From an uncultured Enterobacteriaceae bacterium (GTDB taxonomy: Bacteria > Pseudomonadota > Gammaproteobacteria > Burkholderiales > SG8-39), in the NCBI GenBank assembly GCA_964543155.1, contig CAZIXQ010000003.1, positions 1 through 44,314 on the forward strand: DNA of 44,314 bases, read 5' to 3'. The position numbers and the translations under genes were made by a program. Each line of letters begins with the position of its first letter. Positions within the stretch are counted from its first letter, which is position 1. Below the pieces are notes generated by a model. That model made no database searches. It worked only from the letters and a program-made list of their open reading frames with translations, and was not told the origin of the DNA. Of this stretch, positions 10,366 to 20,138 are shown in pieces.

Positions 10366-11340
10366 ATGAACGCAGCCGCCGAGGCACTGCCGGTTTCGTA
10401 CGTCGACGTCGCCGCCGCCGCGGCGCGGCTCGCAAGCGTCGCCCACCGCACGCCGGTGCTGACCTCCCGCACGGTGGACGAGCGCACCGGCGCGCAGGTG
10501 TTCTTCAAGTGCGAGAACTTCCAGCGCATGGGCGCCTTCAAGTTCCGCGGCGCGTACAACGCGCTCGCGCAGCTCTCCGACGACGCGAAGCGCCGCGGCG
10601 TGCTCACCTACTCCTCCGGCAACCACGCGCAGGCGATCGCTCTCGCGGGGCGCCTGCTCGGCATCCGCGCGACGATCGTGATGCCGGACGACGCGCCCGC
10701 GGTCAAGCTCGCGGCCACGCGCGGCTACGGCGGCGAGGTCATCACCTACGACAAGCGCGCGACCACCCGCGAGGCGCTCGGCACCGCGATCGCGCGCGAG
10801 CGCGGGCTCACCGTGATTCCGCCCTACGATCATCCGCACGTGGTCGCCGGCCAGGGCACGGCGGCGAAGGAGCTGATCGAGGAGGCCGGCGCGCTCGACT
10901 GGCTGTTCGTGTGCTGCGGCGGCGGGGGACTGCTCTCCGGGTGCGCGATTGCGGCCGCGCAGCTCGCGCCCGGCTGCAAGGTGGTGGGCGTCGAGCCGGA
11001 GGCGGGCGACGACGCGACGCGGTCGTTCCGCACGAAGACCCTGCAGAGCGTCCACAACCCCGACACGATCGCCGACGGCGCGCGCACGCCGTCGCTCGGG
11101 AAGGTGACCTTTCCGCTCGTGCTCGCGTACGTGCACGACATGCTGACAGTGAGCGACCCCGAGCTGCTCGACGCGATGCTCTACCTCTGGGAGCGCATGA
11201 AGATCGTCGTGGAGCCGACCGGCGCGCTGGCGGCGGCCGGGCTCTTCAAGGGCGCGCACGACACGCGCGGCCAGCGGGTTGGCGTCGTGATCTCGGGCGG
11301 GAACGTCGACCTCAAGGCGATCTGCCGGCTGATCGCCTGA
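10366..11340 (+). CDS. PLP-dependent threonine/serine dehydratase-like enzyme (serine racemase / threo-3-hydroxyaspartate ammonia-lyase group)
   Basis: Internal ATG of track ORF 10147..11340. FFKCENFQRMGAFKFRGA contains the PLP lysine context, and SSGNHAQA and GGGGLLSG are present. GGAGCGGGGA lies upstream. Confidence 0.85.
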   Translation: MNAAAEALPVSYVDVAAAAARLASVAHRTPVLTSRTVDERTGAQVFFKCENFQRMGAFKFRGAYNALAQLSDDAKRRGVLTYSSGNHAQAIALAGRLLGIRATIVMPDDAPAVKLAATRGYGGEVITYDKRATTREALGTAIARERGLTVIPPYDHPHVVAGQGTAAKELIEEAGALDWLFVCCGGGGLLSGCAIAAAQLAPGCKVVGVEPEAGDDATRSFRTKTLQSVHNPDTIADGARTPSLGKVTFPLVLAYVHDMLTVSDPELLDAMLYLWERMKIVVEPTGALAAAGLFKGAHDTRGQRVGVVISGGNVDLKAICRLIA

Positions 11341-11347
11341 GCGGCCT

Positions 11348-11968
11348 TCAGCGCCGCTGCCAGACCTGCCAGCGCTCCCGCCCGGCGAACGCCGGGATCG
11401 AGTCGGTGACCGGCGCGTCCGCAACGCGGTCGAAGGCGGGTGCGAGCAGGGCCTCGGCTTCGCCGAACCTGAGACCGAACGGCGGGCCGCGCTCGCCATC
11501 GCCGAAGTAGAAGAACCCGGCCAGGCGCCCGCCTGGCCGCACCAGCGTCGCAATGCGCGTCGCCCAGCGCGCCCAGAGCGCTCGCGGCAGCGCGCAGAGG
11601 AACGCGCGCTCGTAGACGAGATCGAACGGCCCGCCGAGGTCGTCGACGAAGAAGTCCGCCTGGCGGAGGCGCGAGGATTGCGCGCCGAGCACTGCGCGGG
11701 CCCGGTCGAGGGCCAGGGCGCTGAAGTCGATGGCGAGCACGTCGTGGCCGCGCGTGGCGAAGTCCCGCGCCTCGTAAGCGGCGCCGCAGCCGGGAATCAG
11801 CACGCGCAGCGGCGTGCGCTCGCCCGCGAGAAAGCGCGTGAGCTTCGAGGGCGAGCGCCCCGCGTCCCACGGCATGAACGACTCGCGGTAGCGCGCGTCC
11901 CAGAACCCGGCCTCGCCGGGGTTCAGGCGCGGCCCGCGCCGCAGCTTCGATTCGGCGTCGTCGCTCAT
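11348..11968 (-). CDS. SAM-dependent methyltransferase, thiopurine S-methyltransferase (TPMT)-like
   Basis: FWDARY...PWD, VLIPGCGAAYEARDFATRGHDVLAIDFS (the SAM-binding GxG loop) and ERGPPF all resemble the TPMT family. Confidence 0.75.
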   Translation of the reverse strand: MSDDAESKLRRGPRLNPGEAGFWDARYRESFMPWDAGRSPSKLTRFLAGERTPLRVLIPGCGAAYEARDFATRGHDVLAIDFSALALDRARAVLGAQSSRLRQADFFVDDLGGPFDLVYERAFLCALPRALWARWATRIATLVRPGGRLAGFFYFGDGERGPPFGLRFGEAEALLAPAFDRVADAPVTDSIPAFAGRERWQVWQRR

Positions 11969-12010
11969 CGTTCAGTAAGTTCGGCACGCGGCTCGTGCGG
12001 TGCAGCATGA

Positions 12011-12016
12011 TAGACT
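12011..12016 (+). promoter_or_regulatory. Candidate sigma70 -10 hexamer TAGACT upstream of glyA
   Basis: An isolated AT-rich hexamer in GC-rich intergenic DNA, 35 nt before the glyA ATG. No convincing -35 was seen. Confidence 0.35.
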
Positions 12017-12050
12017 ACGCGGCACCCTCACTGACGAAGCGCGCCGCGCC

Positions 12051-13328
12051 ATGTTCTCGAGCGAGCCTCTCGCGAAGTCCGATCCGGAGCTCTGGCGGGC
12101 GATGGCGGCGGAGATCGCGCGCCAGGAAGATCACATCGAGCTGATCGCCTCCGAGAACTACGCGAGCCCGGCGGTGCTCGCGGCGCAGGGCTCGGTCCTC
12201 ACCAACAAGTACGCCGAGGGGTACCCGGGCAAGCGCTACTACGGCGGGTGCGAGTACGTCGACGTCGTCGAGGCGCTCGCGATCGAGCGCGCGACGAAGC
12301 TCTTCGGCTGCGAGTACGCGAACGTCCAGCCGCACTCGGGCTCGCAAGCGAACCATGCCGTCTACGCGGCGGTGCTCAGGCCCGGCGACGTCCTGCTCGG
12401 CATGTCCCTCGCCCACGGCGGCCACATCACGCACGGCGCCGCGATCAACCTCTCCGGCAAGATCTACCAGGCGTTCTATTACGGCCTCGACGAGCGCGAG
12501 GCGATCGACTACGAGCAGGTCGAGCACCTCGCGAAGGGACACAAGGCCAAGCTGATCGTCGCGGGGGCGTCGGCCTACTCGCTGCAGATCGACTGGAAGC
12601 GCTTCCGCAAGATCGCCGACAGCGTCGGCGCCTATCTCCTGGCGGACATCGCACACTACGCGGGCCTGATCGCGGCCGGCGTCTATCCGAGCCCGATCGG
12701 CATCGCGGACTTCGTGACGACGACCACGCACAAGACGCTGCGCGGTCCGCGCGGCGGAATGCTGCTTGCGGCGAAGAGGCACGAGAAGCTGCTCAATGCT
12801 GCGGTGTTTCCGATGCTGCAGGGCGGGCCGCTCATGCACGTCATCGCCGCAAAGGCGGTGGCGTTCCGGGAAGCCATGAGCCGCGACTTCAAGCGCTACC
12901 AGGAGCAGGTGCTCGCGAACGCTCAGGTCATGTCGAAGGTGCTCGCCGAGCGCGGCGCGCGCATTGTCTCCGGGCGCACCGACTCGCACCTCTTCCTGGT
13001 CGACCTGCGCTCCAAGGGCATCACCGGCAAGGAGATCGAGGACGTCCTCGAGCGCGCCCACATCACGGTCAACAAGAACTCGATTCCGGGCGACCCGCAG
13101 AACCCGACGATCACCAGCGGCATCCGCATCGGCACGCCGGCGATGACCACGCGCGGGTTCAAGGAGATCGAGGCCGAGCACGTGGCGAACCTGATCGGGG
13201 ACGTGCTCGACGCGCCGCGCGACGAGGCGGTGCTCGCGCGCGTGCGCGAGGAGGCGCGCGCGCTCTGCCAGCGCTTCCCGGTCTACCCTGCGGCGCGCTC
13301 CGGGCCGGGCGCCGAGAAGGCCGCCTGA
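12051..13328 (+). CDS. glyA: Serine hydroxymethyltransferase
   Basis: [68 protein letters not shown], and [14 protein letters not shown] with the PLP lysine. ATG 12051 is chosen over GTG 12000 by N-terminal alignment to known GlyA. Confidence 0.97.
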   Translation: MFSSEPLAKSDPELWRAMAAEIARQEDHIELIASENYASPAVLAAQGSVLTNKYAEGYPGKRYYGGCEYVDVVEALAIERATKLFGCEYANVQPHSGSQANHAVYAAVLRPGDVLLGMSLAHGGHITHGAAINLSGKIYQAFYYGLDEREAIDYEQVEHLAKGHKAKLIVAGASAYSLQIDWKRFRKIADSVGAYLLADIAHYAGLIAAGVYPSPIGIADFVTTTTHKTLRGPRGGMLLAAKRHEKLLNAAVFPMLQGGPLMHVIAAKAVAFREAMSRDFKRYQEQVLANAQVMSKVLAERGARIVSGRTDSHLFLVDLRSKGITGKEIEDVLERAHITVNKNSIPGDPQNPTITSGIRIGTPAMTTRGFKEIEAEHVANLIGDVLDAPRDEAVLARVREEARALCQRFPVYPAARSGPGAEKAA

Positions 13329-13334
13329 AGTCCG

Positions 13335-13820
13335 ATGAAATGCCCGTACTGCAAGTCCGCGGAGCCCGCGGTGAACCACACGCGCGTCTCCGAGCACGGC
13401 CAGAGCATCCGGCGGCGGCGCGAGTGCGAGAGCTGCGACAAGCGCTTCACCACCTACGAGCGGGTCGAGCTGGCGATGCCGGTGGTGGTGAAGGCGAGCG
13501 GGTTCCGCACCCCCTATGACCGCGAGAAGATCCGCACCGGCTTCGCGCGCGCGCTGCACAAGCGGCCGGTGCCGACGCAGTACGTCGATGCGGCGATCGA
13601 CCGCATCGAGCAGCGCGTCCTCGCGCGCGGGGAGCGCGAGATCAGCTCCCGCACGATCGGCGAGATGGTGATGCAGGAGCTGAAGAAGATGGACAGCGTC
13701 GCCTACATCCGCTTCGCTTCCGTCTACGAGGACTTCCAGCGCGTCGACGAGTTCCGCGAAAAGGTGCTCGAGCTCAAGCGCCCGGGACGCAGGACGCGGC
13801 CGCGGGCGCAGGGGAAGTAG
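13335..13820 (+). CDS. nrdR: Transcriptional repressor NrdR (zinc ribbon plus ATP-cone)
   Basis: MKCPYCKS...RRRRECESCDKRFTTYERVE followed by an ATP-cone-like region. Conserved position after glyA. Confidence 0.93.
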   Translation: MKCPYCKSAEPAVNHTRVSEHGQSIRRRRECESCDKRFTTYERVELAMPVVVKASGFRTPYDREKIRTGFARALHKRPVPTQYVDAAIDRIEQRVLARGEREISSRTIGEMVMQELKKMDSVAYIRFASVYEDFQRVDEFREKVLELKRPGRRTRPRAQGK

Positions 13821-13842
13821 CCGCGGCGGCAGCGGACGCCGG

Positions 13843-14934
13843 ATGTTCAGCCCCGCCGACGAGCACTACATGGCGCGGAGCCTGCGCCTCGCGGCGCGCG
13901 GCCTGTTCACGACCACCCCCAACCCGCGCGTCGGCTGCGTGATCGTGCGCGACGGGGCGATCGTCGGCGAGGGCTTCCACGCGCGCGCCGGCGAGCCGCA
14001 CGCCGAGACCCACGCGCTGCGCGCGGCCGGCAACCGCGCGGCCGGAGCGACCGTCTACCTCACGCTCGAGCCCTGCAGCCACCACGGCCGCACGCCGCCG
14101 TGCGTCGACGCGCTGATCGCCGCAGGAGTGCGTCGGGTCGTCGCCGCGATGGGCGACCCGAACCCGCGCGTGGCCGGCGAGGGCTTCGCGCGACTGCGCG
14201 CGGCGGGCGTCCAGGTCGCGACCGGACTGCTCGAGGAGGACGCGCGCGAGCTCAACGTCGGCTTCGTCGCGCGGATGACGCGCGGACGCCCGTGGGTTCG
14301 GCTCAAGATCGCCGCCTCGCTCGACGGCAAGACCGCGCTCGGCGACGGGAAGAGCCAGTGGATCACGGGCGAGGCAGCGCGGGCGGACGGGCATCGCTGG
14401 CGCGCGCGCGCGTGCGCGGTCCTCACCGGCATCGGCACCGTGAAGGCGGACGACCCGCAGCTCACGGTGCGCGCGGTGGACACGCCGCGGCAGCCGCTGC
14501 GCATTCTCATCGACTCGCGGCTCGAGGTCCCGCCGGGCGCACGCATCCTCGAAGGCGGGGCGCTCGTGTTCGCGGCGGTCGAGGATCGGGCGAAGATCGC
14601 GGCCCTGCGCGACCGCGGTGTCGAGGTCGCGGTGCTGCCAGACGCCGCCGGCAAGACGGCGCTCGGCGAGGTGATGCACGAGCTTGCGCGCCGCGAGCTG
14701 AACGAGGTGCACGTCGAGGCGGGGTTCAGGCTGAACGGGTCGCTCGTCGCGGCGGGGGTCGTCGACGAACTGGTCGTCTACCTGGCGCCGAGCCTGATCG
14801 GCGAGAGCGGGCAGGGGATGTTCAGCCTGCCGGCGATCGAGGACCTGGCGCAGCGCCGCCGGCTCGCGTGGCGCGACGTGCAGCGGCTCGGGAGCGATAT
14901 GCGGGTCGTCGCGCGCTTCGCGCCGGCCGGCTGA
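13843..14934 (+). CDS. ribD: Bifunctional riboflavin biosynthesis protein RibD (pyrimidine deaminase / uracil reductase)
   Basis: Deaminase zinc motifs HAETHAL and TLEPCSHHGRTPPC, followed by a reductase domain (KIAASLDGK). Confidence 0.95.
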   Translation: MFSPADEHYMARSLRLAARGLFTTTPNPRVGCVIVRDGAIVGEGFHARAGEPHAETHALRAAGNRAAGATVYLTLEPCSHHGRTPPCVDALIAAGVRRVVAAMGDPNPRVAGEGFARLRAAGVQVATGLLEEDARELNVGFVARMTRGRPWVRLKIAASLDGKTALGDGKSQWITGEAARADGHRWRARACAVLTGIGTVKADDPQLTVRAVDTPRQPLRILIDSRLEVPPGARILEGGALVFAAVEDRAKIAALRDRGVEVAVLPDAAGKTALGEVMHELARRELNEVHVEAGFRLNGSLVAAGVVDELVVYLAPSLIGESGQGMFSLPAIEDLAQRRRLAWRDVQRLGSDMRVVARFAPAG

Positions 14935-14945
14935 GGAAGGGCGCA

Positions 14946-15539
14946 ATGTTCACCGGTATCGTCGCTGCGGTCGGCCGGATCGAGCGGGCCGAGCCGCGGC
15001 CGGGCGGGCTGCGCCTCGCGATCGACGCGGGCACGCTGGACATGGGCGACGTCGCGATCGGCGACTCGATTGCGGTCAGCGGGTGCTGCCTCACGGTGAT
15101 CGCGCTGGCGGGCCGGCGCTTCGAGGTCGACGTGTCGCAGGAGACGATCGACTGCACGGTCGGGCTCGGCGCGCCCGGCGAAGTCAACCTGGAGAAGTCG
15201 CTGCGCCTCGCCGACCGTCTCGGCGGGCATCTGGTGACCGGCCACGTCGACGGCGTGGGCACCGTCGCGAAGTTCGAGCCCGCCGGGGAGAGCCATCGAC
15301 TGGTCGTCCGCGCCCCGGCCGATCTGGCGAAGTACGTCGCGCGCAAGGGCTCGATTGCGGTCCAGGGCGTGAGTCTCACCGTCAATCGCGTGGACGGCGC
15401 GGAGTTCGAGGTCAATCTCATCCCCCACACGCTCGCGGCGACCACGCTGAAGCAGCTTGCCCCGGGCGCGCGGGTCAATCTCGAGGTGGATCTCCTCGCG
15501 CGCTACGCCGAGCGCCTGCTCGCCGCCGGGAGCGAATGA
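14946..15539 (+). CDS. ribE: Riboflavin synthase alpha chain
   Basis: MFTGIVAAVGRI...GDSIAVSGCCLTV and a second lumazine-binding repeat (GSIAVQGVSLTV). GAGGAAGG lies upstream of ATG 14946. This is the C-terminal part of track ORF 14100..15539. Confidence 0.93.
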   Translation: MFTGIVAAVGRIERAEPRPGGLRLAIDAGTLDMGDVAIGDSIAVSGCCLTVIALAGRRFEVDVSQETIDCTVGLGAPGEVNLEKSLRLADRLGGHLVTGHVDGVGTVAKFEPAGESHRLVVRAPADLAKYVARKGSIAVQGVSLTVNRVDGAEFEVNLIPHTLAATTLKQLAPGARVNLEVDLLARYAERLLAAGSE

Positions 15540-18500
15540 CCGCGGCTCGCGCGCGCCGTCGCTCGACCGGCGAGCTCGAGGCGCGGCGCCACGACCTCCC
15601 GCGCCCGAGCTTTCCCGATGAGCTGCCGATCGCGGCCAAGCGCGCCGAGATCGGGGCCGCGATCCGCGACCACCCCGTGGTCATCGTGTGCGGCGAGACC
15701 GGGTCGGGCAAGACCACGCAGCTGCCCAAGATCTGCCTCGACCTCGGCCGCGGGATCGAGGGCCTGATCGGGCACACCCAGCCGCGCCGCATCGCCGCGC
15801 GCGCGACCGCCGCGCGGATCGCGAGCGAGCTGCAGTCGGAGCTCGGCCAGGTCGTGGGCTTCAAGATCCGCTTCACCGACCGGACCGGCCCGTCGACCTA
15901 CGTGAAGCTCATGACCGACGGCATCCTCCTCGCCGAGACGCAGGCCGACCCGGAGCTGCGCCAGTACGACACCCTCATCATCGACGAGGCGCACGAGCGC
16001 AGCCTGAACATCGACTTTCTGCTCGGCTACATCCGGCAGCTCCTCCCGCGCCGTCCCGATCTCAAGCTCATCGTGACCTCCGCCACGATCGACGCGGAGC
16101 GCTTCGCGCGCCACTTCGGCGGGGCGCCGGTGATCGAGGTGTCCGGCCGGCTGTACCCGGTGGAGGTGCGCTACCGCCCGGTTCAGGAGAACGGGGATGG
16201 CGAGCTCGACGTGAACGAGGCGATCGTCGACGCGGTGGACGAGGCGGCCCGGCAGGGGCCGGGCGACGTCCTCGTGTTCCTGCCCGGCGAGCGCGAGATC
16301 CGCGAGGCGGCGGAGGCGCTGCGCAGGCACCCCCCGCCGGCGCGCACCGAAATGCGCGAGATCCTGCCGCTGTACGCACGCCTTTCGGCGCAGGAGCAGG
16401 AGCGCGTGTTCAAGCCGCACGGCGGGCGGCGCATCGTGCTCGCGACCAACGTCGCCGAGACGTCGCTCACCGTGCCGGGCATCCGTTACGTCGTGGATCC
16501 GGGGCTCGCGCGCGTGAAGCGCTACAGCTACCGGAACAAGGTGGAGCAGCTCCAGGTGGAGCGCATCTCGCAGGCCGCCGCGCGCCAGCGCGCCGGGCGC
16601 TGCGGCCGCGTGGCCGCGGGCGTCTGCATCCGGCTCTACGACGAGCAGGACTTCGCCAGGCGGCCGGCGTTCACCGATCCCGAGGTGCTCCGCTCGTCGC
16701 TCGCCGCGGTGATCCTGCGGATGATGGCGCTCGGCCTCGGCGCGGTGGAGGCCTTCCCGTTCATCGACCCGCCGGCGCCGAAGGCGATCAGCGACGGGTA
16801 TGCGCTGCTCCAGGAGCTCGGGGCGGTCGACGAAGCGCGCGAGCTGACGCCAGTCGGGCGCAGCCTGGCGCGGCTTCCGGTCGATCCTCGCATCGGCCGC
16901 ATGGTGCTCGCCGCGCACGAGGAGGGCAGCCTCGCCGAGGTGCTCGTGATCGCCGCCGCGCTCGCGGTGCAGGACCCGCGCGAGCGGCCGATGGACCGCG
17001 CGCAGGCGGCCGACGCGGCGCAGAAGCCGTTTGCCGACGAGCGCTCGGACTTCCTCGGCTACCTGAAGCTGTGGACGTTCTTCGAGGACGGACTGCACCA
17101 CGAGTCGAACCGCAAGCTGCACCAGGCCTGCCGCGACCACTTCCTGTCGTTCAACCGGATGCGGGAATGGCGCGACATCCACGCCCAACTCAAGGCGCTC
17201 GCGGGCGAGCTCGGCTGGAAGGCGGGCGAGATCAAGGCCGACGGCGGGCAGTATGCCCGCGTCCATCGGGCGCTCCTCGCCGGGCTCCTCGGCAACGTCG
17301 GGCTGAGGTCGGACGACGGCAGCTACCAGGGCGCGCGCGGCATCAAGTTCTGGGTGCATCCGGGTTCCGCCCTCGGCAAGAAGGCGCCACGCTGGATCAT
17401 GGCCGCCGAACTGACCGAGACGACGCGCCTCTTCGCGCGCACGATCGCCGGCATCGAGCCGGAGTGGCTCGAGCGGCTCGGTGCGCATCTCCTCAAGCGC
17501 GCGCAATCCGACCCGCACTGGGAGCGCAAGCCCGCCCAGGTCGTGGCGCTGGAGCGCGGGACGCTGTACGGACTCCCGGTCTACGTCGGCCGCCGGGTGC
17601 ACTACGGCCCGCTCGACCCCAAGGAAGCGCGGAAGATCTTCATCCGCCAGGGGCTCGTGGAGGGCGACTGGGACTCGCGCGCACCCTTCTTCCAGCACAA
17701 CCAGCGCCTCGTGCGCGAGATCGAGAAGCTCGAGCACAAGTCGCGGCGGCCCGACGTCCTGGTCGACGACGAGCTGATCTTCGCCTTCTACGACAGCCTC
17801 GTCCCGGAGGGCGTCTACAACGGCGCGGGATTCGAGGCGTGGCGCGGCGCAGCCGAGCGCAGCGACCCGAAGCGCCTCTTCCTCAGGCGCGAGGACCTGA
17901 TGCGCCACGAGGCGGCGGGAATCACCACCGATCTGTTCCCGCCCGTGCTCGAGATGGCCGGCCGTACGTTCACGCTCGAGTACCTGCACGATCCCGGCGG
18001 TGCGCGCGACGGGGTGACGATGACCGTGCCGCTCGTCGCCCTGAACCAGGTCAGCGCGGCGCGCTGCGAATGGCTCGTTCCCGGCCTCCTCAAGGAGAAG
18101 GTCCAGCTGCTCGCGAAGTCGCTGCCGCAGAAGTTGCGCCACCGTCTGGGCCCGCTTCCCGAGTACGCGGCCGAGTTCGCGGCGGCGGCCGCTCCGTCCG
18201 ACACGCCGCTCGCGCAAGCGATCGCCCGGCATGCGCGCGAGACGCGCGAGGTCGCCATCCCGCTCGACGCCTTCCGGCCCGAGATGGTGCCGGCGCACCT
18301 CTGGATGAACTTCCGCGTGATCGACGAGAGCGGGCGGCAGCTCGGGATGGGGCGCAACCTCGCGCAGCTGCGCGCCGAGCTCGGCAAGGCGGCGGGCGAG
18401 CAGTTCGCTGCGCTCGCCGGGGGTGCCGCCGCGGCGCAGACCGGTCTCACCGACTGGTCGTTCGGTCCGCTCGACGACGTCATGGAGCTCCGGCGCGGGG

Positions 18501-19291
18501 AGCAAGTGCTGATCGGCTACCCGGCGCTGGTCGACCGCGGCAACGCCGTCGACCTCGAGGTGCTCGATGCGCAGGACAGGGCGCGAGCCATCCACCGCGG
18601 CGGACTGCGCCGACTGTTCATGCTGCGCCTGAAGGAGCAGGCGCGCTACGTCGAGAAGAGCCTGCCCGGAATGCAGGCGATGGTGCTCCAGTACGCGAGC
18701 CTCGGCGACGCGAACGAGCTGCGGGCGCAGCTCGTGGCGGCGGCGTTCGAGCGGGCCTGCATGGCCGATCCGCTGCCGCGGACCGCAGAGGCGTTCGCAC
18801 GCCGCTGCGACGAGGCCCGCACGCGCGTGGTGCTCATCGCGCAGGAGCTCGTGCGGCTCGTCGGCGCGATCCTGGCGGAACACCAGGCGCTGCAGAAAAA
18901 GCTCCAGGCGGCGCGGGCGTTTCCCGAGGCGGTGCGGGACGTGACCGCACAGGTCGCGCGCCTCATGCCGAAGGACTTCGTCCTGGCAACCGCGTGGGAG
19001 CGGCTGCAGCACTTCCCACGGTATCTCAGGGCCGCCGGCCTGCGGCTCGACAAGCTGCGCGCCGACCCGGCGCGCGACGCGCGCGCGGCGGCGGAGCTCG
19101 CGCCGCTGGAGACGCAGTGGCTGCGCGAAGAGGCGAGGCAGCGCAAGGCGGGTACGGTCGACCCGCAGCTCGAGCAGTTCCGCTGGCTGCTCGAGGAGCT
19201 GCGCGTGCAGCTCTTCGCGCAGGAGCTGCGCACGCCGGTGCCGGTGTCGGCGAAGCGGCTGCAGAAGATGTGGCAGACTCTCGAGCGCTGA
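15536..19291 (+). CDS. hrpA: ATP-dependent RNA helicase HrpA (DEAH-box)
   Basis: Internal ATG of track ORF 15083..19291, overlapping the ribE stop (ATGA). GETGSGKTTQLPK (Walker A), IIDEAHERS (DEAH), TSAT, and a long HA2/OB plus HrpA C-terminal region. About 1251 aa. Confidence 0.93.
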   Translation: MTAARARRRSTGELEARRHDLPRPSFPDELPIAAKRAEIGAAIRDHPVVIVCGETGSGKTTQLPKICLDLGRGIEGLIGHTQPRRIAARATAARIASELQSELGQVVGFKIRFTDRTGPSTYVKLMTDGILLAETQADPELRQYDTLIIDEAHERSLNIDFLLGYIRQLLPRRPDLKLIVTSATIDAERFARHFGGAPVIEVSGRLYPVEVRYRPVQENGDGELDVNEAIVDAVDEAARQGPGDVLVFLPGEREIREAAEALRRHPPPARTEMREILPLYARLSAQEQERVFKPHGGRRIVLATNVAETSLTVPGIRYVVDPGLARVKRYSYRNKVEQLQVERISQAAARQRAGRCGRVAAGVCIRLYDEQDFARRPAFTDPEVLRSSLAAVILRMMALGLGAVEAFPFIDPPAPKAISDGYALLQELGAVDEARELTPVGRSLARLPVDPRIGRMVLAAHEEGSLAEVLVIAAALAVQDPRERPMDRAQAADAAQKPFADERSDFLGYLKLWTFFEDGLHHESNRKLHQACRDHFLSFNRMREWRDIHAQLKALAGELGWKAGEIKADGGQYARVHRALLAGLLGNVGLRSDDGSYQGARGIKFWVHPGSALGKKAPRWIMAAELTETTRLFARTIAGIEPEWLERLGAHLLKRAQSDPHWERKPAQVVALERGTLYGLPVYVGRRVHYGPLDPKEARKIFIRQGLVEGDWDSRAPFFQHNQRLVREIEKLEHKSRRPDVLVDDELIFAFYDSLVPEGVYNGAGFEAWRGAAERSDPKRLFLRREDLMRHEAAGITTDLFPPVLEMAGRTFTLEYLHDPGGARDGVTMTVPLVALNQVSAARCEWLVPGLLKEKVQLLAKSLPQKLRHRLGPLPEYAAEFAAAAAPSDTPLAQAIARHARETREVAIPLDAFRPEMVPAHLWMNFRVIDESGRQLGMGRNLAQLRAELGKAAGEQFAALAGGAAAAQTGLTDWSFGPLDDVMELRRGEQVLIGYPALVDRGNAVDLEVLDAQDRARAIHRGGLRRLFMLRLKEQARYVEKSLPGMQAMVLQYASLGDANELRAQLVAAAFERACMADPLPRTAEAFARRCDEARTRVVLIAQELVRLVGAILAEHQALQKKLQAARAFPEAVRDVTAQVARLMPKDFVLATAWERLQHFPRYLRAAGLRLDKLRADPARDARAAAELAPLETQWLREEARQRKAGTVDPQLEQFRWLLEELRVQLFAQELRTPVPVSAKRLQKMWQTLER

Positions 19292-19320
19292 GCGTCGTTG
19301 CGGCGCGCGGCGCTTCGATC

Positions 19321-20073
19321 ATGCAGTTCGGCGCGATCATCATCGGGGACGAGATCCTGCGCGGGAAGCGCCAGGACAAGCACTTCGCGAAACTGATCGA
19401 GCTCCTCGGCGCGCGCGGGCTGCGTCTCGCCTGGGCGGAGTACGTCGGCGACGACCCCGACCGGATCACGGCGACGCTGCGGCGCACCTTCGCGTCGCCG
19501 GACGCGGTGTTCTCTTTCGGCGGAATCGGGGCGACGCCGGACGACCACACGCGGCAGTGCGCCGCGGCGGCGCTGGGCGTCCCGCTCGCGGTGCACCCGG
19601 AAGGCGAGCGCCTGCTGCGCGCGCGGTTCGGGGCGGAGACGACCCCGTTCCGGCTCAAGATGGTCGAGTTTCCCCTCGGGGCAGGGATCATCCCGAACGC
19701 CTACAACCAGATTCCCGGATTCTCGGTGCGCGACCACCACTTCGTGCCGGGTTTCCCGGTCATGGCCTGGCCGATGGTCGAGAGCGTGCTGGACACCCGC
19801 TACGCGGAGCTGCATCACCGCACCCCCGAGGCCGAGGCCGCGATCATCGTCTTCGGCTCCGCCGAGAGCACGCTCACGCCGCTGATGGTCGCCGTCGAGG
19901 CGCGGTACCGGCAGCTCAAGATCTTCAGCCTGCCGCACGTGGGCGAGGACGGCACGCGGCGCCACATCGAGCTCGGCGTCCGCGGCAATCCGGACGAGGT
20001 GGCCGAGGCGATCGAAGTGCTGAAGCGCGGGGTCATCGAGACCGGCGCGACCTACGAGCCGGCCGCCGGCTGA
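19321..20073 (+). CDS. CinA N-terminal-type / MoCF-biosynthesis domain protein (molybdopterin-binding fold); no PncC-like deamidase domain
   Basis: MQFGAIIIGDEILRGKRQDKH...FSFGGIGATPDDHT, which is typical of the MoaB/MogA/CinA fold. C-terminal part of track ORF 15688..20073. Confidence 0.75.
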   Translation: MQFGAIIIGDEILRGKRQDKHFAKLIELLGARGLRLAWAEYVGDDPDRITATLRRTFASPDAVFSFGGIGATPDDHTRQCAAAALGVPLAVHPEGERLLRARFGAETTPFRLKMVEFPLGAGIIPNAYNQIPGFSVRDHHFVPGFPVMAWPMVESVLDTRYAELHHRTPEAEAAIIVFGSAESTLTPLMVAVEARYRQLKIFSLPHVGEDGTRRHIELGVRGNPDEVAEAIEVLKRGVIETGATYEPAAG

Positions 20074-20078
20074 GCGGG

Positions 20079-20110
20079 AAAAAAAGCCCCCGGCCAGCGC
20101 CGGGGGCTTC
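20079..20110 (-). terminator. Rho-independent terminator of the phasin gene. It sits between convergent genes, and the U-tract is on the minus-strand side.
   Basis: GCCCCCGGC (20086-20094), loop CAGC, GCCGGGGGC (20099-20107). A run of seven A on the plus strand gives seven U after the hairpin in the minus-strand transcript. Confidence 0.85.
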
Positions 20111-20138
20111 GAGGCAGAGAGGAGAACCTGACTTTCGC

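Noticed and set aside
11969-12050. Possible riboswitch upstream of glyA (ZTP/glycine) or of ribD (FMN, 13821-13842)
   Set aside because: The glyA leader is only about 35 nt after the putative -10 box, and I could not find the conserved ZTP or glycine-riboswitch cores. The nrdR-ribD gap is 22 nt, too short for an RFN element.
15503-20073. 1169-aa minus-strand ORF (15503..19012) and the first ~1200 residues of the 1461-aa plus-strand ORF (15688..20073)
   Set aside because: Both overlap hrpA in other frames. They encode Arg/Pro/Gly/Ala-rich sequence with no recognisable motifs. Only the last 250 aa of the plus-strand ORF (CinA-like, from ATG 19321) looks like a real protein.
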